In this document: in pieces, positions 61,355 to 64,000 of the stretch | Layout: every line of letters begins with the position of its first letter | Numbering within the stretch: the first letter of the stretch is position 1 | Assembly (NCBI RefSeq): GCF_023055435.1 | Contig: NW_025963857.1 | Coordinates: forward strand, 27,590,001 to 27,654,000 | From: Haliotis rufescens | Taxonomy: Eukaryota | Direction: 5' to 3' | Length of the DNA stretch: 64,000 nt | Notes under the pieces: generated by a model | What the model saw: only the letters and a program-made list of their open reading frames with translations | Told to the model about the DNA's origin: nothing | Databases searched by the model: none | Made by a program: the position numbers and the translations under genes

Positions 61355-62119
61355 GTGGGTGTACAAATGCTTGTTGAATATATGCTGCAGAGTGTGTTGT
61401 TGCTTCATCAGGTGGGTATCATCAAACAGTAAGTGGTTTGTCTGTTTTTGCAGGAATAAAACAATTGTAAGTGACTGTGAATTAACCAAGCAATATTTTG
61501 TGTGTGTTTGTTTCCCTAAACCTAAAAATAGTAGGCCATGCCACTAGAAGCTTACTGTTTCCTGATTGGCTTATAATAGTGGGCAGGGTTTGCATTATCT
61601 ATCTGAATGATGTCACAGATTTTGTATTGTTTATAACAATTGTTTGTGTGTTCAGGATTAAATAAGCAGTCTTTGAAGCCATTGTGGTTGTGGGGGCATT
61701 TTACATGTGTTGTTTTTGAATACATACACAAAGGTTTAATTTTCAAAGTTGAAATATACACATCCACGTAAATATTTCTTCATGAATGTTTGTGCACACG
61801 TCCCAGGGGAAATGTGATGTTTTGTTACTATTTACTGGTTGAGAAATTGTCCATGCTTTGCACAGCTGTTGATGTGATGAGGAAATGCCTTTTGCTGGTT
61901 GTATCATGAAAAAGGTGAAACAATTTTGAATTTGGAGCTGGTGCTTGATATTCATGGTTCTGGTTTGTTTCTGGGTATTTCACTTCTCAAGCTTCAGTAT
62001 TTTCTTGCCTCATCTGCAACCTTGAAGTACAGACACACATATTCTACAGTCATAGGGTCTCAGCAATGAACCACACCAGTAAATATAGATTGCAGTAGTC
62101 CATGATCGTTTGAAGATGA

Positions 62120-62940
62120 AATGGGAATCAGATGGACACAATTGGTATTATGTGAACACAATATGGGATACAATGGACACAATTGGGTTCAGATGGATAC
62201 ACTGATGATCGGATAGCGATCCAGTGGACACAATGGGGAGCAGATGAATTCTACGGGATCCAATAGACACAATGGGGAGCAGATGGACACAATGGAGATC
62301 AGATGGTCATCATATCATTCAGACACAATGGGCATGAGATGGACACAATATGATTCAGACATAATGAAGATCAGATGGACACAATGGGCATCAGATGGAC
62401 ACAATATGATTCAGACATAATGAAGATCAGATGGACACAATGGGGATCAGATGGATACAATGGGGAACAAATGGACACAATATGATTGAGCCACGATGGG
62501 GATCCTATGGCCACAATATGATTCAGACATAATGAAGATCAGATGTACACAATGGGCATCAGATGGACACAATATGATTCAGACATAATGGGGATCAGAT
62601 GGACACAATGGGGATCAGATGGATACAGTGGGGAACAGATGGATACAATGGGGAACAGATGGACACAATATGATTGAGCCACAATGGGGATCATAAGGCC
62701 ACAATATGATTTAGACATAATGGGGATCAGATGGACACAATTGGGATCAGATGGATACAATGGGGAACAGATGACCACAATATGATTGAGCCACAATGGG
62801 GATCCCATGGCCACAATATGATTCAGACGTAATGGGGATCAGATGGACACATTGGGGATCAGATGGACACAATGGGGAACAGATGGACAAAATGGGGAAC
62901 AGATGGACACAGTGGGGATCAGATGGATACAATGGGTACA
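62120..62940. repeat. ~20-bp compound minisatellite
   Basis: Units gatggacacaatggggatca interleaved with acacaatatgattcagacataatg variants. Confidence 0.93.
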
Positions 62941-63279
62941 TAGTATGGATAGTACTGTAACTGTCCAGTGTCATGGAAGACCTAGTTAGTCTCTGATTGT
63001 GTGTCATTGAATCTCAGAATTTGTATAGTGATGCTCACACCTTCAACCACTAGTTGGTCTGCTCTGATGTTTTAATATACTTGTCCGAGTTGAAACTGTG
63101 CTACAATTGCTGATGACAGCTCTTGTATCCCTGATGATGAGTCTTGGACTAGGTTTGTGTACATTCAGTCAGGATGTTACTCTCTAACATACTATGAATA
63201 ATTTATACTGACACACAGTGAAAACACATAATCAGTTTTCACCACAAGAGTTATGTTAGAACTAAATCTTTACTCACCT

Positions 63280-63663
63280 GACATGACGATGAATGAGAAC
63301 TGTGTGACAAAATGACATTGTTGTTTGATTATCTCATGCCAGTGTACACAGACATGACAATGAATGAGAACTGTGTGACAAAATGACATTGTTGTTTGAT
63401 TATCTCATGCCAGTGTACACAGACATGACGATGAATGAGAACTGTGTGACAAAATGACATTGTTGTTTGATTATCTCATGCCAGGGTACACAGACATGAC
63501 GATGAATGAATTGTTGTTTGATTATCTCATGCCAGTGTACACAGACATGACGATGAATGAATTGTTGTTTGATTATCTCATGCCAGGGTACACAGACATG
63601 ACGATGAATGAGAACTGTGTGACAAAATGACATTGTTGTTTGATTATCTCATGCCAGTGTACA
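63280..63663. repeat. 71-bp minisatellite with ~50-bp deletion variants
   Basis: gacatgacgatgaatgagaactgtgtgacaaaatgacattgttgtttgattatctcatgccagtgtacaca: four long and two short units. Confidence 0.95.
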
Positions 63664-64000
63664 AGGAACAACCTAATTAGATTTTGGTAGCATTTTTCAA
63701 ATGTTAACAAAAATTGAATATGTGTTTTCAAAGTGTAACAGTATATTTACCATGTCTTCTGCAAATACAATTTGAAATCTATTTGTACTTTTGAAGAACT
63801 TTGTGCTCCCTTTAAAGACAACCTTCCCTATTCAACTTCTCCAATTGATATCATACATAATGTACATATACTCACCGACAAAAGAAATGCGAATGCCATA
63901 CATGTTGGTTAATATATGAAGAATTACTCATATTCAAGAGATATTAGATTGGTTCGATGCACAAATGAAGATACTGTTATGTTGTGCCAACTGATGCTCA

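Noticed and set aside
61454-61466. Possible 13-nt ADCK5 micro-exon (tttttgcag|GAATAAAACAATT|gtaagt)
   Set aside because: The splice signals look good, but the peptide RNKTI fits the expected RN.N.VR continuation poorly. It cannot be supported without transcripts.
62539-63633. Cys/His/Pro-rich repetitive ORFs (also 20349..20570 and 21681..21993)
   Set aside because: They are translations of minisatellites and microsatellites.

Overview
This is eukaryotic genomic DNA, most likely from a mollusc and possibly a gastropod such as abalone. That is an inference from the gene families and SINE types, not a database result. There is one 172-N assembly gap (30519-30690). Gene content, left to right: (1) a tandem cluster of minus-strand RING/B-box/coiled-coil/NHL (TRIM-NHL-like) genes, with one copy apparently intact but running off the window start, one multiply disabled pseudogene, one copy carrying a single +1 frameshift in the RING exon, and scattered NHL fragments; (2) two convergent two-exon secreted C1q-domain genes; (3) a ~2.7-kb-period tandem array of intronless, highly divergent Cys-loop (nAChR-like) subunit genes that lack the acetylcholine-binding residues (two intact, one deleted pseudogene); (4) most of an ADCK5-type atypical kinase gene on the plus strand, including an apparent pair of mutually exclusive duplicated exons. 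Interspersed DNA is dominated by four SINE-like families that share one LINE-type 3' tail, plus MITEs, a DIRS-like RT relic and minisatellites. Best leads: the ADCK5 mutually exclusive exons, the candidate chemosensory Cys-loop receptor array, and a retroposon whose non-tRNA head can fold into a pseudoknot (candidate ribozyme). All coordinates, alignments and counts were made by eye.
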